Made by a program: the position numbers and the translations under genes. The notes below the pieces were generated by a model. The model searched no databases. It was not told where the DNA came from and saw only the letters and a list, made by a program, of their open reading frames with translations. DNA of 53,645 bases from an uncultured Bacilli bacterium (lineage in GTDB: Bacteria; Bacillota_I; Bacilli_A; RF39; UBA660): assembly GCA_944363925.1 (NCBI GenBank), contig CALVVS010000003.1, positions 1 through 53,645 of the forward strand. The letters run 5' to 3'. Positions 8,949 through 20,651 of the stretch are shown here, piece by piece. Positions within the stretch are counted from its first letter, which is position 1, and each line of letters starts with the position of its first letter.

Positions 8949-10493
8949 TTGCGCACACTAAATTCTTTAAAAAATGTTATAGGAAATTTTGCAAATAATA
9001 TACTTTTGAATTTGCTTAGATTTGTATCACGAATTATTTTTATTAGAGTTTTATCTGATGTTTATTTGGGTGTTAATGGGCTTCTTTCTAATGTTTTAGG
9101 CTTACTTGCTTTAAGTGAACTTGGTATTTCAACAGCGATTAGTTACAGTTTATATCGTCCACTTTCAGATAATAACGTTAATAAAATAAAAGCTTTAATG
9201 AATTTTTATCAAAAGGCTTATAGAGTAATTGCAATAGTTATTTTATTGCTTGGACTTATTTTATTACCTTTTTTACCTTGGTTTATTAAAGATACTAATG
9301 GTATTGAAAATTTAAATATTATTTATTTGATTTTTTTAGCTAACATGGTTATTGGTTATTTATTTTCTTATAAAAGAACACTTATTACAGCTGATCAACA
9401 AAATTATAAAATTATGCCAATTGTAATGTTTTATAGTTTTTTAACAACAGTACTTCAAATATCAGTTTTATTGATTTTTAAAAATTATATTATTTATTTA
9501 TTAATGCAATCGCTTTGCACGGTGCTTGAAAATTTAACGGTTAATCATTATATTAATAAACAATATCCTTATTTAAAGGATAACCTTAAGAATAATAAAC
9601 TAGATAAGAGTGAGTTTAAAGAAATTTCGACTAATGTTAAAGCTTTGATGTTCCATAAAGCTGGTAGTTATGTACTTTCGGCTTCTGATAATATTGTTAT
9701 TTCAAAGTTTATAGGTATTGTTATGGTTGGTGTTTATTCAAATTATGTTTTAATTGTTAATATGATTAATTCATTTATAACAGTTCTTATTAATAATGTG
9801 ACAGCTTCTTTTGGAAATTTAATTGCGAAAGATGACGCTAAGAAAAGTATGAGTGTTTTTGATGAAATGAATTTAATTTGTTTTATTTTATATGGTGGGG
9901 CTACTGTTTGTTTTATAAATTTATTTAATCCGTTTATTGATTTAGTATTTGGCGAGAAGTTTGTACTTCCAATGGTTGTTGTTTTTTTAATTTCTTTTAA
10001 TAACTTTTTAGTTGGTATGAATTTAGCGCCTATAACGATTCAAAGTGCGGCTGGTCTTTATAATAATGATAGGTTTGTACCACTTATTCAATCGTTTGTA
10101 AATATAGTTATTAGTGTTGTTCTAGCTTTAAAGATTGGCATTGCAGGAGTTCTTTTAGGTACACTTATAAGCCAATTTATTCCATTTATTGTTAAACCAA
10201 TAATAGCTTATAAGTATGTCTTTAAAGAAAAAGTTAGTGTTTATTTTAAAGAAGAGATGAAACAGTTTGTGTTATTATTTTTAGCTGTTAGTATTAGTTA
10301 TGGTTTGGTTTTATTAATAGGTGATCATCAGATTATTTTAGATTTAGCTATTAGACTTATTTTGAGCTTTTTGATTTCTTTTGTCGTTTTTTATTTAGGA
10401 TATAGAAAATCATTAGCTTTTGTAAATATTAAGAATCGTATTATGTTTATTATAGATAGAATTAGAAATAGAAAGGCTATAAATAATGGGTAA
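8949..10493 (+). CDS. Wzx-type polysaccharide flippase (TTG start inferred after a GGTGA RBS; the ORF track starts at 8934)
   Basis: About 12-14 TM helices; LSELGI..AI.YSLYRP and DNIVISKFIG....G.YSNY are typical of the MOP/Wzx family; located in a polysaccharide locus. Confidence 0.85.
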   Translation: MRTLNSLKNVIGNFANNILLNLLRFVSRIIFIRVLSDVYLGVNGLLSNVLGLLALSELGISTAISYSLYRPLSDNNVNKIKALMNFYQKAYRVIAIVILLLGLILLPFLPWFIKDTNGIENLNIIYLIFLANMVIGYLFSYKRTLITADQQNYKIMPIVMFYSFLTTVLQISVLLIFKNYIIYLLMQSLCTVLENLTVNHYINKQYPYLKDNLKNNKLDKSEFKEISTNVKALMFHKAGSYVLSASDNIVISKFIGIVMVGVYSNYVLIVNMINSFITVLINNVTASFGNLIAKDDAKKSMSVFDEMNLICFILYGGATVCFINLFNPFIDLVFGEKFVLPMVVVFLISFNNFLVGMNLAPITIQSAAGLYNNDRFVPLIQSFVNIVISVVLALKIGIAGVLLGTLISQFIPFIVKPIIAYKYVFKEKVSVYFKEEMKQFVLLFLAVSISYGLVLLIGDHQIILDLAIRLILSFLISFVVFYLGYRKSLAFVNIKNRIMFIIDRIRNRKAINNG

Positions 10494-11388
10494 ACATGCA
10501 ATTTTGATAATAGCTCACAATGAGTTTGATATATTAGAAAAAACGATTAGATTGCTTGATGATAAAGATAATGACATATATTTACATATAGATAAAAAAG
10601 TTAAATTTGATTTTAATTATTTTAAAAGTGTTCCAAGAAAAAGTAATTTGTTTTTTACTAAAAGAATTAAGGTAAAATGGGGAAGTATATCGCAAATTAA
10701 ATGTGAATATTTACTTTTTAAAGCAGCATATAATAAACATTACGATTATTATCATTTAATATCTGGTGTGGATATGCCACTTGTGGCTCCTCAAAAAATG
10801 CATGATTTTTTTGAGATTAATAAAGGTAAAGAGTTTGTAAATATTGATAATCATAATGAAATTAGTAGAGTTTCTTTAGAAAGAGTTAGTCTATATCATT
10901 TTTTGGTTTCGTGGGCTAGGTCTACTAATAAATTTAAGAGGAATTTTTTCGAAAAGTTTCATTTTAGAAGTTTAAGATTACAACGAAAATTAAATATTAA
11001 CAGATTGAAAAAAGAAAAAGTAATTTTTAGAAAAGGTGCGAATTGGGTTAGTATTACTGATGATTTTTTAAAATATGTTCTTAGTAAGGAAAAGTGGGTT
11101 TTAAAAGTTTTTAGATATAGCTTTTGTGCGGATGAACTTTTTATTCAAACCATTTTATATAATAGTGATTTTTACAAAAATATTTGTAGTTTAAAAAATG
11201 ATGATTATTTTTCTTTAAAAAGATATATTGATTGGAAAAGAGGAGCACCTTATACTTTTAGACTTAGAGATTATGATGATATAGTTAATAGTAAGTGTTT
11301 TTTTGCTAGAAAATTTTCTACTAAGGTTGATGATAAAATTGTTCAAAAGATATATGAAAAAGGGATGAGTGAACGTGGTGAAAGTTAG
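10486..11388 (+). CDS. GT14 / Core-2 I-branching-type beta-1,6 glycosyltransferase
   Basis: HAILIIAH, IYLHIDKK, VKWG, YYHLISGVDMP, GANW, DELFIQT, RYIDW and FARKF motifs. Confidence 0.85.
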   Translation: MGKHAILIIAHNEFDILEKTIRLLDDKDNDIYLHIDKKVKFDFNYFKSVPRKSNLFFTKRIKVKWGSISQIKCEYLLFKAAYNKHYDYYHLISGVDMPLVAPQKMHDFFEINKGKEFVNIDNHNEISRVSLERVSLYHFLVSWARSTNKFKRNFFEKFHFRSLRLQRKLNINRLKKEKVIFRKGANWVSITDDFLKYVLSKEKWVLKVFRYSFCADELFIQTILYNSDFYKNICSLKNDDYFSLKRYIDWKRGAPYTFRLRDYDDIVNSKCFFARKFSTKVDDKIVQKIYEKGMSERGES

Positions 11389-12331
11389 TATTATTGTACC
11401 AGTTTATAATTCAGAGAAGTATTTGGATAAGTGTTTGGATAGTTTGATTAATCAAACACTTAGTGATATTGAATTTATTATAGTAAATGATGGTTCTTTA
11501 GATAAAAGTGAAAATATAATTAAAGAATATAGAAAAAAAGATAAACGTATTAAACTTATTAATAAAGAAAATGGGGGACAAGCTTCTGCACGTAATTTAG
11601 GTCTTAAAGAAGCAAGTGGAGAATTTATTATGTTTATTGATAGCGATGATTATGTATCACTTGATATGTGTGAGGTTGCTTATAATGTTGCTAAAAAAGG
11701 TTATGATATAGTATGTATGGATTATTATATAGTTAAAGATGGTGTTATTAGTTATGCTAATGCTTTTAAAGATAAAGAGTCTGGCAAAATTAGTCCTAAA
11801 GAATATTTATTTTCTGGAGCCGGTCCATGTAATAAGATATATAATCGTCTATTTTTGATTAATAATAAGTTTGCATTTCCTTTAGGAATTACATATGAAG
11901 ATTATGCAGCTATTCCAGCTTTAGCTAAGTTTAATCCAAAGGTTTATTATTTGAAGTATGCTAATTTTTATTATGTTCAGCACGATGGTTCTACGATGAG
12001 AAGTAAGGAGTATAAAAAGTCTTATGAAGATATTTTTCCGGCAACGGACTTTCTATATAGTAATTTAAGTAATAGTGATTTGAAAGAGGAGTTAGAAGGT
12101 TTAATTACATATCATTTGTTATATTTAGGGTCTTTAAATTTTTATAAATTTGGAAGATTTGAACAAATAAATAAAATAGCTGACTATATGCGTAAACATT
12201 TTCCAAAATGGAAAAATAATAAGTATATTAAGAGTTTTAAGTTAAAAGATAAAATTTTATTGAAACTTTTTTATCGTAAAAGATATGGTTTAATTAAGTT
12301 TATTCAGAAAATCAAGAGGTGCATTAGATGA
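11378..12331 (+). CDS. GT2 family glycosyltransferase (alternative GTG starts at 11369/11375)
   Basis: [29 protein letters not shown] and YED motifs. Confidence 0.9.
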   Translation: MKVSIIVPVYNSEKYLDKCLDSLINQTLSDIEFIIVNDGSLDKSENIIKEYRKKDKRIKLINKENGGQASARNLGLKEASGEFIMFIDSDDYVSLDMCEVAYNVAKKGYDIVCMDYYIVKDGVISYANAFKDKESGKISPKEYLFSGAGPCNKIYNRLFLINNKFAFPLGITYEDYAAIPALAKFNPKVYYLKYANFYYVQHDGSTMRSKEYKKSYEDIFPATDFLYSNLSNSDLKEELEGLITYHLLYLGSLNFYKFGRFEQINKIADYMRKHFPKWKNNKYIKSFKLKDKILLKLFYRKRYGLIKFIQKIKRCIR

Positions 12332-13827
12332 GAAAATTGGATAAGAATAAAATTATTAAGATATTAATTACTGTATTATTAATGTGGCTTCCTTTTTTAG
12401 ATATGCTTAGGACAACTGCTTTTAAGGATATTGAATTGTTCGGAATTGCCCTTATAGAATTAGGTAATATATTAATTATTGGTGTTTCTTTAATATTAAC
12501 TTTTACTAAGTTAAAATTAAAGAATATAATGAAGTATGTTTTATTTTTAGTAATTGTATTTGTTTATATTGGATTACATTATTTTAATATCATTAAATTT
12601 GATACAAATATTTTTCCAAGAGCTAATTTTAATTTTATAACAGAAACATTTTATATTTTAAGAGTGTATATTTTACCACTTACACTTTTATATATTTTAT
12701 TTTATAACCGTGATATTTTTAATAAAGCATTTTATTTTAATATTATAAAATGGGTTATTGCAGTTATTTCCTTTAGTATTATTGTACTTAATATTTTGAA
12801 ACTATCTTATATTTCATATAGTCCAGAAAAGGGTCATGTTCTTTATAATATTTTTGATTATTTTTTATTTCAGGGAGATTATAAGCAATTGTCTTCAAGA
12901 GGATTTTTTGATTCGGCCAATGAACTTTCGGCAATCCTTTTTATGCTTATGCCTATGAATATTTATTTACTTTATAAAGAAGGTAAGAAATTTAATGTTA
13001 TTTTATATGTATCTCAATTTATAGCGATGGTTTTACTTGGAACTAGAACATCAGCATATGGAGCTCTTTTGATTAGTATTGTTTCTTTAATTGCTTATAT
13101 ATTACTAGTAATTTTGAAAGAAGAAAACCGTAAAGAATTTTTTGAGATTTCTTTTACTGTTTCTAGTTTAGCTTGTATAGCGTTTTTATGTATTTCTCCT
13201 TTTATGCTTGGCAGAATGAATACTAATAGTCCGGATTTTTCAATTAAAGATCAAGCGGCTTATACAGATTTAGAGAATATAGATATTAAGAAGCTAGATG
13301 AATTAATGGAAAAATACAAAAGTGAGTATATGATTGATGATTTGTTTTTAAGAACTTATCCTTTAAAAGGAGATCCTGAATTTTGGTTAATGATTGCTAA
13401 AAGGGATAAGTCTTTAAATAATAACAGTAGAATTATTAAAACAGATATTTTAAATAGAATTCAAGAACGAAATAATAATCCGATGGATAAGTGGTTTGGA
13501 ATGGGATATACTTTAAATTTTTTGGATTTAGAACGTGATTATTTTTATCAATATTATATTTTTGGTATTTTGGGATTACTTGTTTTAATTGCCCCATATT
13601 TTATTGTTTTAATTTATTTAGCTATTAAGGGGTTTAGAAACTTCAATAAGAATTTTAGATTTATTACAATTTTAGGCTGTATGAGCGTTTTACTTGGACT
13701 TGTTATTGCTTATTATTCTGGTCATGTTTTTGGCTGGGTTAGTCCAATGATGTATTTAACAATGTTTTTGGGTTTACTTATATGTATTATTTATGATAAC
13801 TGTGATAGTAAAGAGGTGAGAGTGTGA
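12328..13827 (+). CDS. O-antigen ligase / Wzy polymerase-like membrane protein
   Basis: Multi-TM; GFFxSANELS, LLGTRT, a large extracellular loop, FGMGY, ERD....FGILG and GHV motifs. Confidence 0.75.
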   Translation: MRKLDKNKIIKILITVLLMWLPFLDMLRTTAFKDIELFGIALIELGNILIIGVSLILTFTKLKLKNIMKYVLFLVIVFVYIGLHYFNIIKFDTNIFPRANFNFITETFYILRVYILPLTLLYILFYNRDIFNKAFYFNIIKWVIAVISFSIIVLNILKLSYISYSPEKGHVLYNIFDYFLFQGDYKQLSSRGFFDSANELSAILFMLMPMNIYLLYKEGKKFNVILYVSQFIAMVLLGTRTSAYGALLISIVSLIAYILLVILKEENRKEFFEISFTVSSLACIAFLCISPFMLGRMNTNSPDFSIKDQAAYTDLENIDIKKLDELMEKYKSEYMIDDLFLRTYPLKGDPEFWLMIAKRDKSLNNNSRIIKTDILNRIQERNNNPMDKWFGMGYTLNFLDLERDYFYQYYIFGILGLLVLIAPYFIVLIYLAIKGFRNFNKNFRFITILGCMSVLLGLVIAYYSGHVFGWVSPMMYLTMFLGLLICIIYDNCDSKEVRV

Positions 13828-15227
13828 AGAAAAAGATTTTACTTTTTATAATAATTTTTAGTATTGGTATAATTGTAACTTATCCGGCTTTTGCTTCTTC
13901 TCATGCATTGGACAGTTATTTAACTATTTATAATGGTTTTAAAGAAACTGGTGATTTATTTTTACAAGATGGTAGATTGTTTAGTGCAATTTTAATGTAT
14001 TTTTATGATTTAATTAATTTACCTTTTGATTCGATGAATTTTGTAACTTTATTTTTCTTAAATATATTTTTAGCTTTGGCTATTTTGAAGTTGTATTTAT
14101 TTTTTAGTAAATACAAAGCTGGTAAAGTGATGCAAATTATTTTATTTATTAGTACATTTTTGTTATTTTATACCCCTTTGATTTCTGATATACTTATTTT
14201 AGATGATGCAATGATTTATGCTTTAGGCATTTTGTTTGCTGTGCTAGCGGCTTTATTTGTTCAAAAAAATAGTTTTATTAATTACTTATTTTCTTTCATT
14301 TTACTTTTTTTAAGTGTTTTGTGTCATCCAATGATTTTAAGTTATTTCTTTATTATTTTACTTTTATTATTAATGAGTGATGAATGTGGTTTTAAGTACT
14401 TATTGAAGAAAATCGGAATTGGATTTTTAATATATATATTTGTTTTAATTTTTCATAAAATTATTTTTTCTTATAATTTGATATATGCGGTGAATGTTGA
14501 TAAAATATTTGTAGACATTTTACCTAATATTTTAAATGGATTATGGGGATTTATAGATTTTAAATATTATTTAATTTCTATAATTTTGCTTGTTTGTTTT
14601 ATTTATCTGTTTATCAAAAATGACAATAAAGGAAAAATTTTTGGATTATTTTGCTTTATGCTTATTTTCTTATTATTGATGCCATTTTTACTAAGTTTAT
14701 TTATTGATACTGATATAGAAGCAAGGATGTTTTTAACTTTTAGTTTGTTTCCTAGTTTCTTAGTGTTTTTGATTTTATTTAATTATAAAATTGATATTAA
14801 ATTTCAGTATGTAATTTTCTTCATTATGGGAATTTGGTTATTTTTATCTTTTTATTCTATTCATCAAAATATGATGATTAATTTTAAAAGATTTAAAGAA
14901 GATGTTAGTTATATAAATAATGTTAATCAGAGAATTGGATGGTATGAGGCTGAAGAAGAGATAGAAGTTAAGACGGTTTATTATGCTAAAGATGAGAAAG
15001 TTGATGATTATTATGATTTTGGAAACTATAATAGTACTAGTGTGAGACTGCTTGCAGTGGATAAAGTATTTGAACGGGCTTTTGATGTTTATACTAATAA
15101 TGAATATAAGATTAAAGCTATGAGTAAAGAAGATTATGATAAATATTTTAAGGGAAAGAATTACAATAAGTTTAATAAAAAACAATTAGTGTTTGATGAT
15201 GATGTATTATATTTGCTTTTGTATTAA
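13824..15227 (+). CDS. GtrII-like GT-C glycosyltransferase (multi-TM with extracellular C-terminal domain)
   Basis: N-terminal TM followed by an acidic loop (ALDSY..LQDGR); about 11 TM helices; ARM motif. Confidence 0.6.
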   Translation: MKKKILLFIIIFSIGIIVTYPAFASSHALDSYLTIYNGFKETGDLFLQDGRLFSAILMYFYDLINLPFDSMNFVTLFFLNIFLALAILKLYLFFSKYKAGKVMQIILFISTFLLFYTPLISDILILDDAMIYALGILFAVLAALFVQKNSFINYLFSFILLFLSVLCHPMILSYFFIILLLLLMSDECGFKYLLKKIGIGFLIYIFVLIFHKIIFSYNLIYAVNVDKIFVDILPNILNGLWGFIDFKYYLISIILLVCFIYLFIKNDNKGKIFGLFCFMLIFLLLMPFLLSLFIDTDIEARMFLTFSLFPSFLVFLILFNYKIDIKFQYVIFFIMGIWLFLSFYSIHQNMMINFKRFKEDVSYINNVNQRIGWYEAEEEIEVKTVYYAKDEKVDDYYDFGNYNSTSVRLLAVDKVFERAFDVYTNNEYKIKAMSKEDYDKYFKGKNYNKFNKKQLVFDDDVLYLLLY

Positions 15228-15255
15228 AAATAATTAAAATTTGTAGGGGATTTAT

Positions 15256-16778
15256 ATGATAAAGAAAAGACAAAATAGAGTTTACATATATATATTACTT
15301 ATATTTGTGTTTACTTTAAGTTTTAGTTTATTAATTCCAATTGGCGGTGATGATTGGGGTAACTTTTTACAAAAAGGTAAATCTTTGTTAGAAATCTTTG
15401 AAGGGGCTAAAAATTTTTATTTTACGTGGGAAGGCCGATTTTTTAGTAGAATTTTACTATTTTTACTTATTCCTAATGAAATTGTCTGGGCATTTTTAAA
15501 TGCTTCTTTGATGTCAATATTGTTTTATTTTATGTATAAAATATTGAATATTGATGATAAGTATTTACCATTATTATTAATGTGTTTGCTGTTTGTTGAT
15601 TTTGAAACTTATTCACAAGTTTATGTTTGGAGAACTGGTAATATTACTTATTTTATTCCTATGGTTTATGCATTTTTACTTATCTTTATTAGAAGAAAAG
15701 TTATTTTTAGCGGTGATGATAGGATTCATAAATTAGATTATTTATTAATTCCATTTTCTTTGATTTTTTGTATGTTTACTGAAAATGTGGCCGTTGGGAT
15801 ATATTTATTTGTCTGCTTAACAGTATATTTTATTATTTAAAATATAAAAAAATCGATTTACCAATACTGTTATGTTTGATAACATCTGTTGTTGGTTTTT
15901 GCTTAATGTATTTTAGTCCTGGAACTCAAATTAGAGTAAATGTAGAAAGCGAATTTACATCTTTATCATTATTTGAAAAATTATTATATAATATTCCTAA
16001 TTTGCTTAATTTTACTTTTATTAGAAATTCTTTTTTAACTTTGTTTTTTATAATATTAATGAGCATTATAACTAAAAGAAATGTAAAAAATAGATTTTTA
16101 AAATGGTTACTTTTATTTTTTATAATCATTCCTGCTGGAATTACTTTAATTGTTAATTTTTTATCACCTTTTATAACTTTACCAAATATAATGCTTAAAG
16201 TTATAAATCCGAAAATAATTTTTATTGATATTTATTGGATATTGTTTATTATTTTATTTATGTTTTTAATTATTTATTATTTAAAAATTGATAAAGCGAT
16301 CTGGTATTTTATTGTTTTAGCTATTATAAGTAATGGTGCAATGATGTTTTCGCCGGTATGGGGTGGTAGGACGGCTTGCTTTACAACCTTTATGCTTTAT
16401 ATGGTGTTATTTCTAATTACTAAAAAATTAAATTTAAAAATATTTGATAACAGTATATTTATTAAGTTTATGAATTTGATTTGCATTGTATTTATTGTTT
16501 TATTTACGGTTTATAGTATATGGATATATATGTTAAATATTGATAGAAATAAGTATATTAATTATCAATTGGATAATAATGCGAAAGAGTATGAAATTAT
16601 TATTTTACCAGTATATTACACATGGAATTTAAATACGTGGGGTTCTGACGGTGATTTTGCTTATAATTTTAAAAAAGCATATGGTATTGATAGAGACGCA
16701 CAACTTGTGTATGTTTCAAAAAAAGATGTTGACATTAATTTGGATGATTTGAATGTATCAAGTAAGTTAAGAGGTTAA
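15256..16778 (+). pseudogene. DUF6056-like GT-C membrane protein split by a frameshift near 15801 (ORFs 15256-15840 and 15876-16778)
   Basis: The N-half has GDDW..WEGRF..Y.W..G..TY..EN. The second frame is open from about 15800 (IFICLLNSIFYYLKYKKID..MYFSPG..R), so a single indel in gggatatattt joins the two halves. Confidence 0.7.
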
Positions 16779-16799
16779 AGTCTTTTTAATCTCTTTTTT
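16769..16799 (+). terminator. Intrinsic terminator
   Basis: AAGAGGTTAAA/TTTAATCTCTT stem followed by a T-run. Confidence 0.55.
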
Positions 16800-16836
16800 A
16801 TATGATATAATTAATATAGATAGTGGAGGATTAGTT

Positions 16837-17310
16837 ATGTCCAAAAAAAGAGTTATGTTTATATCTAGTACTGGTGGTCATTTAGAAGAACTTTTAAGAT
16901 TAAAGCCATTATTTGATAATTATGATTATTCTTTGGTTACGGAGAAAACAAAGAATAATTTAAATTTAAAAAATAAGTATAAAAAGGTGTCGTTTTTAGT
17001 TTATGGAACTAAAGATCATTTATTTTCATATTTGTTTAAATTTATATTTAATTGTTTTAAGAGTATTGGAATTTATTTTAAATATCGTCCAAAATATATT
17101 GTAACCACAGGAACACATACTGCTGTTCCTATGTGTTATATTGGTAAATTGCTTAGAAGTAAAATAATTTTTATTGAAACTTTTGCAAATATGGAAACTC
17201 GTACTTTGGCTGGTAGGTTAGTGTATCCAATTGCTGATAAGTTTATTGTACAATGGGAAGAAATGCTTAAACTTTATCCAAATGCAGAATACTGGGGGTG
17301 GATTTTTTGA
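16837..17310 (+). CDS. PssD/Cps14F (Alg14-like) glycosyltransferase subunit
   Basis: SSTGGHLEEL, VTTG, FIETFA and FIVQW motifs; overlaps the Alg13-like partner gene. Confidence 0.9.
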   Translation: MSKKRVMFISSTGGHLEELLRLKPLFDNYDYSLVTEKTKNNLNLKNKYKKVSFLVYGTKDHLFSYLFKFIFNCFKSIGIYFKYRPKYIVTTGTHTAVPMCYIGKLLRSKIIFIETFANMETRTLAGRLVYPIADKFIVQWEEMLKLYPNAEYWGWIF

Positions 17311-17780
17311 TATTTGTAACTTTAGGTACACAAGATAAAAATTTTAAAAGATTATTGGAGGCTATTCAGAAACAAATTGATTTAGGAAATATAAAAGAAA
17401 AGGTAATTGTACAAGCAGGATGTACAAAATTTAAAAGTAATGATATGAGAATTTTTGATTTGGTTAATCGCGATGAATTTGATAAATATATGGCTGATTG
17501 TAATTTACTTATTACTCATGGTGGGGTAGGATCTATTATTGGTGGCCTTACACATGATAAAAAAGTTATTGCAGCGGCTAGATTGAAAGAATATAAAGAA
17601 CATACAAATAATCATCAAGTTCAAATTATTGATATTTTTTCAAAAGAAGGATATATTTTAGCTTTAGAAGACTTTGATAAATTAGATGAAGTTTTAAAAA
17701 AAGTCGACAAGTTTAAACCAAAGAAGTTTGTTAGTAATACTTCTAATTTTATTAAAAAATTAAAAAATTATATTGATTAG
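17307..17780 (+). CDS. PssE/Cps14G (Alg13-like, GT28 C-terminal) glycosyltransferase subunit
   Basis: MIFVTLGTQ..F.RL, ITHGGVGSI, R....EH.NNHQ motifs. Confidence 0.9.
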   Translation: MIFVTLGTQDKNFKRLLEAIQKQIDLGNIKEKVIVQAGCTKFKSNDMRIFDLVNRDEFDKYMADCNLLITHGGVGSIIGGLTHDKKVIAAARLKEYKEHTNNHQVQIIDIFSKEGYILALEDFDKLDEVLKKVDKFKPKKFVSNTSNFIKKLKNYID

Positions 17781-17861
17781 ATTTGTTTTATTTGGTTTTC
17801 TTGTAAAAAAATATATTTTTTTATTCAATATATGATAGAATATTACATGTGGTGATTTTAT

Positions 17862-18686
17862 ATGATATATACTTATATTTTTTGCTTTATTTTATTGATA
17901 TGTATTTTATATTTAGTATCTGATGTTTTTGAACTTGATTTATTTAAAAATATGAAGAATATTTTTTACAATCATAAGTTTTTAATAAGCGTTATTATTT
18001 TTCTTCCATTATTTTCTTTTTTTACAGTTATTGCTAAATCAGAAAGTGATGATGTAGATAATAATTTTAATGTTCCTCTTTTGAGTTTAAGTAATAATTA
18101 TACTAATATTAATGATATTTCTTTTAATAAAGTAGTTATTGTTGGTGATTCTAGAATGGAATTTATTTATGATAAAAAAGATGAACTTGATATACCTAAA
18201 AATTTTATATTTGATGCGAAAAGCGGAGCAACAATTGATTGGCTTATTGATGTAGGCGAACCTAGATTAAGAGATATTTTAAATAATAGAGATACTAATT
18301 ATAAATATCATGTGGTATTTAATTTGGGAGTAAATGATCTAAATGACGATATTTTACCTAAGATGATTGCAGATGATTATTTAGAAATTTATAAAGAAGT
18401 AATTGAAGATTATCCTGATGTTAATTTTTATTTTCTTTCAGTAAATCCAATTGACGAAGATGTCATTTTTGATTATTTTCCTGGTAAAAGGAGTGATGAG
18501 AAGATAGAGTCTTTTAATGCTTACTTTGGAAAATATGTTAATGAAAAAGATGATAATCGTGTTCAATATTGTGATGCTTATAATCATATAGATTTTGGAA
18601 TGCCAGATGGTTTGCATTATGATGATGAAACTGATCAGAAAATTTTAAATTTTATTGCTAGAGATTGTATCAATTATGAGGGGTGA
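17862..18686 (+). CDS. Membrane-anchored SGNH/GDSL hydrolase (possible polysaccharide O-acetyltransferase/esterase)
   Basis: Two N-terminal hydrophobic segments; blocks VGDSR, SGA, LGVND and DGLHY. Confidence 0.8.
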   Translation: MIYTYIFCFILLICILYLVSDVFELDLFKNMKNIFYNHKFLISVIIFLPLFSFFTVIAKSESDDVDNNFNVPLLSLSNNYTNINDISFNKVVIVGDSRMEFIYDKKDELDIPKNFIFDAKSGATIDWLIDVGEPRLRDILNNRDTNYKYHVVFNLGVNDLNDDILPKMIADDYLEIYKEVIEDYPDVNFYFLSVNPIDEDVIFDYFPGKRSDEKIESFNAYFGKYVNEKDDNRVQYCDAYNHIDFGMPDGLHYDDETDQKILNFIARDCINYEG

Positions 18687-18691
18687 TTTAT

Positions 18692-19636
18692 TTGAAAAAG
18701 GTTAGTATAATTGTTCCGGTATATAATGTTAAAGAATATTTGAGAACTTGTTTAGATAGTTTGGTGGGCCAGAGTTTAAAAGATATTGAAATTATTGTGG
18801 TTGATGATGGTTCTACTGATGGTAGTTCAGATATTGTAAGAGAATATGAAAAAAAATATCCTAATATTATTAGGGCTTTTTATAATGAAAATAGTGGTTT
18901 AAGCGGTGCACGTAATTTTGGACTTACAAAAGCAAGTGGAAAATATATTGGATTTGTTGATAGTGATGATTATGTTAAAAGAGATTTATTTTTAAAAGCT
19001 TATAACTATGCGGTAAAAGGTGACTATGATATTGTTGTTTTTGATTGGATTGTAAAAAGTGATAAAAATGAATTTATTTCTAAAGCCAATCTAAATTATT
19101 CGAATGATCCAGTTAAAAACTATATTATTGCAGCTCCGATGGCTTGGCTTAGATTAATAAAAAAGGATATTTTAGATAATTTTTCTTATAAAAAAGGGAT
19201 GATTTATGAAGATTTGGAAGTTGTTCCTTCATATGTTTTAAAAACAAAAAAGATTGGTTTTTTAGATTATGCTGGTTATTATTATATTACACGTACTACA
19301 AGCATTATGAATCAAAAGAAATTTAATAAAAAGTTTTTGGATATTTTTGTGGCATTGGAAAGTAATAAAAAAAGGCTTTTAGAATATTATCCAGATGAGG
19401 TCGAATATTTATATATAACACATTTACTTAGAAGTACTTCACTTAGATTGGTAACTTCTTCTGAAGGAATTGTTTATTTGGATAAAATTATTGGTATTAT
19501 GAAAAATGATTTTCCTAATTGGAGACAAAATGTTTATTTGAAAAAGTCTAGTTTTAAGTTACGGATGGTTTGTTTTTTGGCATACCATAGGCAAATATTC
19601 TTTTTAAAAATACTAAAAAAATTATTTAGAAAATAG
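18692..19636 (+). CDS. GT2 family glycosyltransferase (TTG start; the ORF track starts at 18683)
   Basis: [29 protein letters not shown] and YED motifs. Confidence 0.9.
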   Translation: MKKVSIIVPVYNVKEYLRTCLDSLVGQSLKDIEIIVVDDGSTDGSSDIVREYEKKYPNIIRAFYNENSGLSGARNFGLTKASGKYIGFVDSDDYVKRDLFLKAYNYAVKGDYDIVVFDWIVKSDKNEFISKANLNYSNDPVKNYIIAAPMAWLRLIKKDILDNFSYKKGMIYEDLEVVPSYVLKTKKIGFLDYAGYYYITRTTSIMNQKKFNKKFLDIFVALESNKKRLLEYYPDEVEYLYITHLLRSTSLRLVTSSEGIVYLDKIIGIMKNDFPNWRQNVYLKKSSFKLRMVCFLAYHRQIFFLKILKKLFRK

Positions 19637-19643
19637 GTGGAAT

Positions 19644-20642
19644 ATGGAAAAAATAGATTTTGTTGTTTTATGGGTCGATGGTAGTGATAAGAAATGGTTG
19701 CTTGATAAAAATAAGTATTCTGATGAAAAAATTGATATTGTTAATGGGGCTAAAAGATACCGCGATTATGATATTTTAAAGTATTGGTTTCGTGGGGTAG
19801 AAAAATATGCTTCTTGGGTTAATAAAATTCATTTTGTTACTTATGGACATTTACCAAAGTGGCTTAATACTTCTAATCCAAAGTTAAATGTTGTAAAGCA
19901 TTCTGATTTTATTCCTCAGAAATATTTACCGACTTTTAATGCTAATACAATTGAACTTAATTTACACAGAATTAAAGATTTGAGTGAAAGGTTTGTTTAT
20001 TTTAATGATGATATGTTACTTTTAAATAAAGTTGATAGTGATTATTTTTTTAAAAATGGATTTCCTTGTGATAGCTGGCAAGAAGATATTTTAGTTTTAG
20101 ATAAGACTTCCGACCTTAATTTTTATCATATGATTGTTAATGATTTAAAAGTAATTAATTCACATTTTGATAAGCATAAAGCTATTAAGAAAAATTTCTT
20201 TAAATGGTTTAATTTTAAATATGGTAAGGGATTAATAAAAAATTTACTTTTGTTTAATTGGAAAAATATTGCGGGTTTTCATAATTATCATATGCCCAGT
20301 CCTTTTTTGAAATCTACTTTTAACGAGGTATGGTCAAAAGAGCCTGATGTTTTAGATGAAGCCTGCATTACTAAGTTTCGTTCTGAAAATGATGTTAATC
20401 AATATGTAATGAGTTTATGGCAAATATATTCTGGTAACTTTAGTGTAAAAGGGCATAAAGAATTTGGTAAAATATTTACTTTGAGTGATAGTAATGATGA
20501 ACTTTATAATTTTATTGAAAATAGGGGTTCTGAGATTGTTTGCATAAACGATGGTGATGTTTTTGATTTTGAAAAGGTCAAAAAGGAGTTAAAGCGGTCA
20601 TTGGATAAAATATTGCCTAATAAAAGTAGTTTTGAAAAGTAG
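19644..20642 (+). CDS. Stealth-family sugar-1-phosphate transferase (capsular polysaccharide phosphotransferase)
   Basis: CR1 IDFVVLWVDGSD; CR2 LPTFN..IE..LH.I..LSERFVYFNDD; CR3 H.P..F.K; CR4 CIND...KSSFE. Confidence 0.9.
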   Translation: MEKIDFVVLWVDGSDKKWLLDKNKYSDEKIDIVNGAKRYRDYDILKYWFRGVEKYASWVNKIHFVTYGHLPKWLNTSNPKLNVVKHSDFIPQKYLPTFNANTIELNLHRIKDLSERFVYFNDDMLLLNKVDSDYFFKNGFPCDSWQEDILVLDKTSDLNFYHMIVNDLKVINSHFDKHKAIKKNFFKWFNFKYGKGLIKNLLLFNWKNIAGFHNYHMPSPFLKSTFNEVWSKEPDVLDEACITKFRSENDVNQYVMSLWQIYSGNFSVKGHKEFGKIFTLSDSNDELYNFIENRGSEIVCINDGDVFDFEKVKKELKRSLDKILPNKSSFEK

Positions 20643-20651
20643 GTGATTTAT

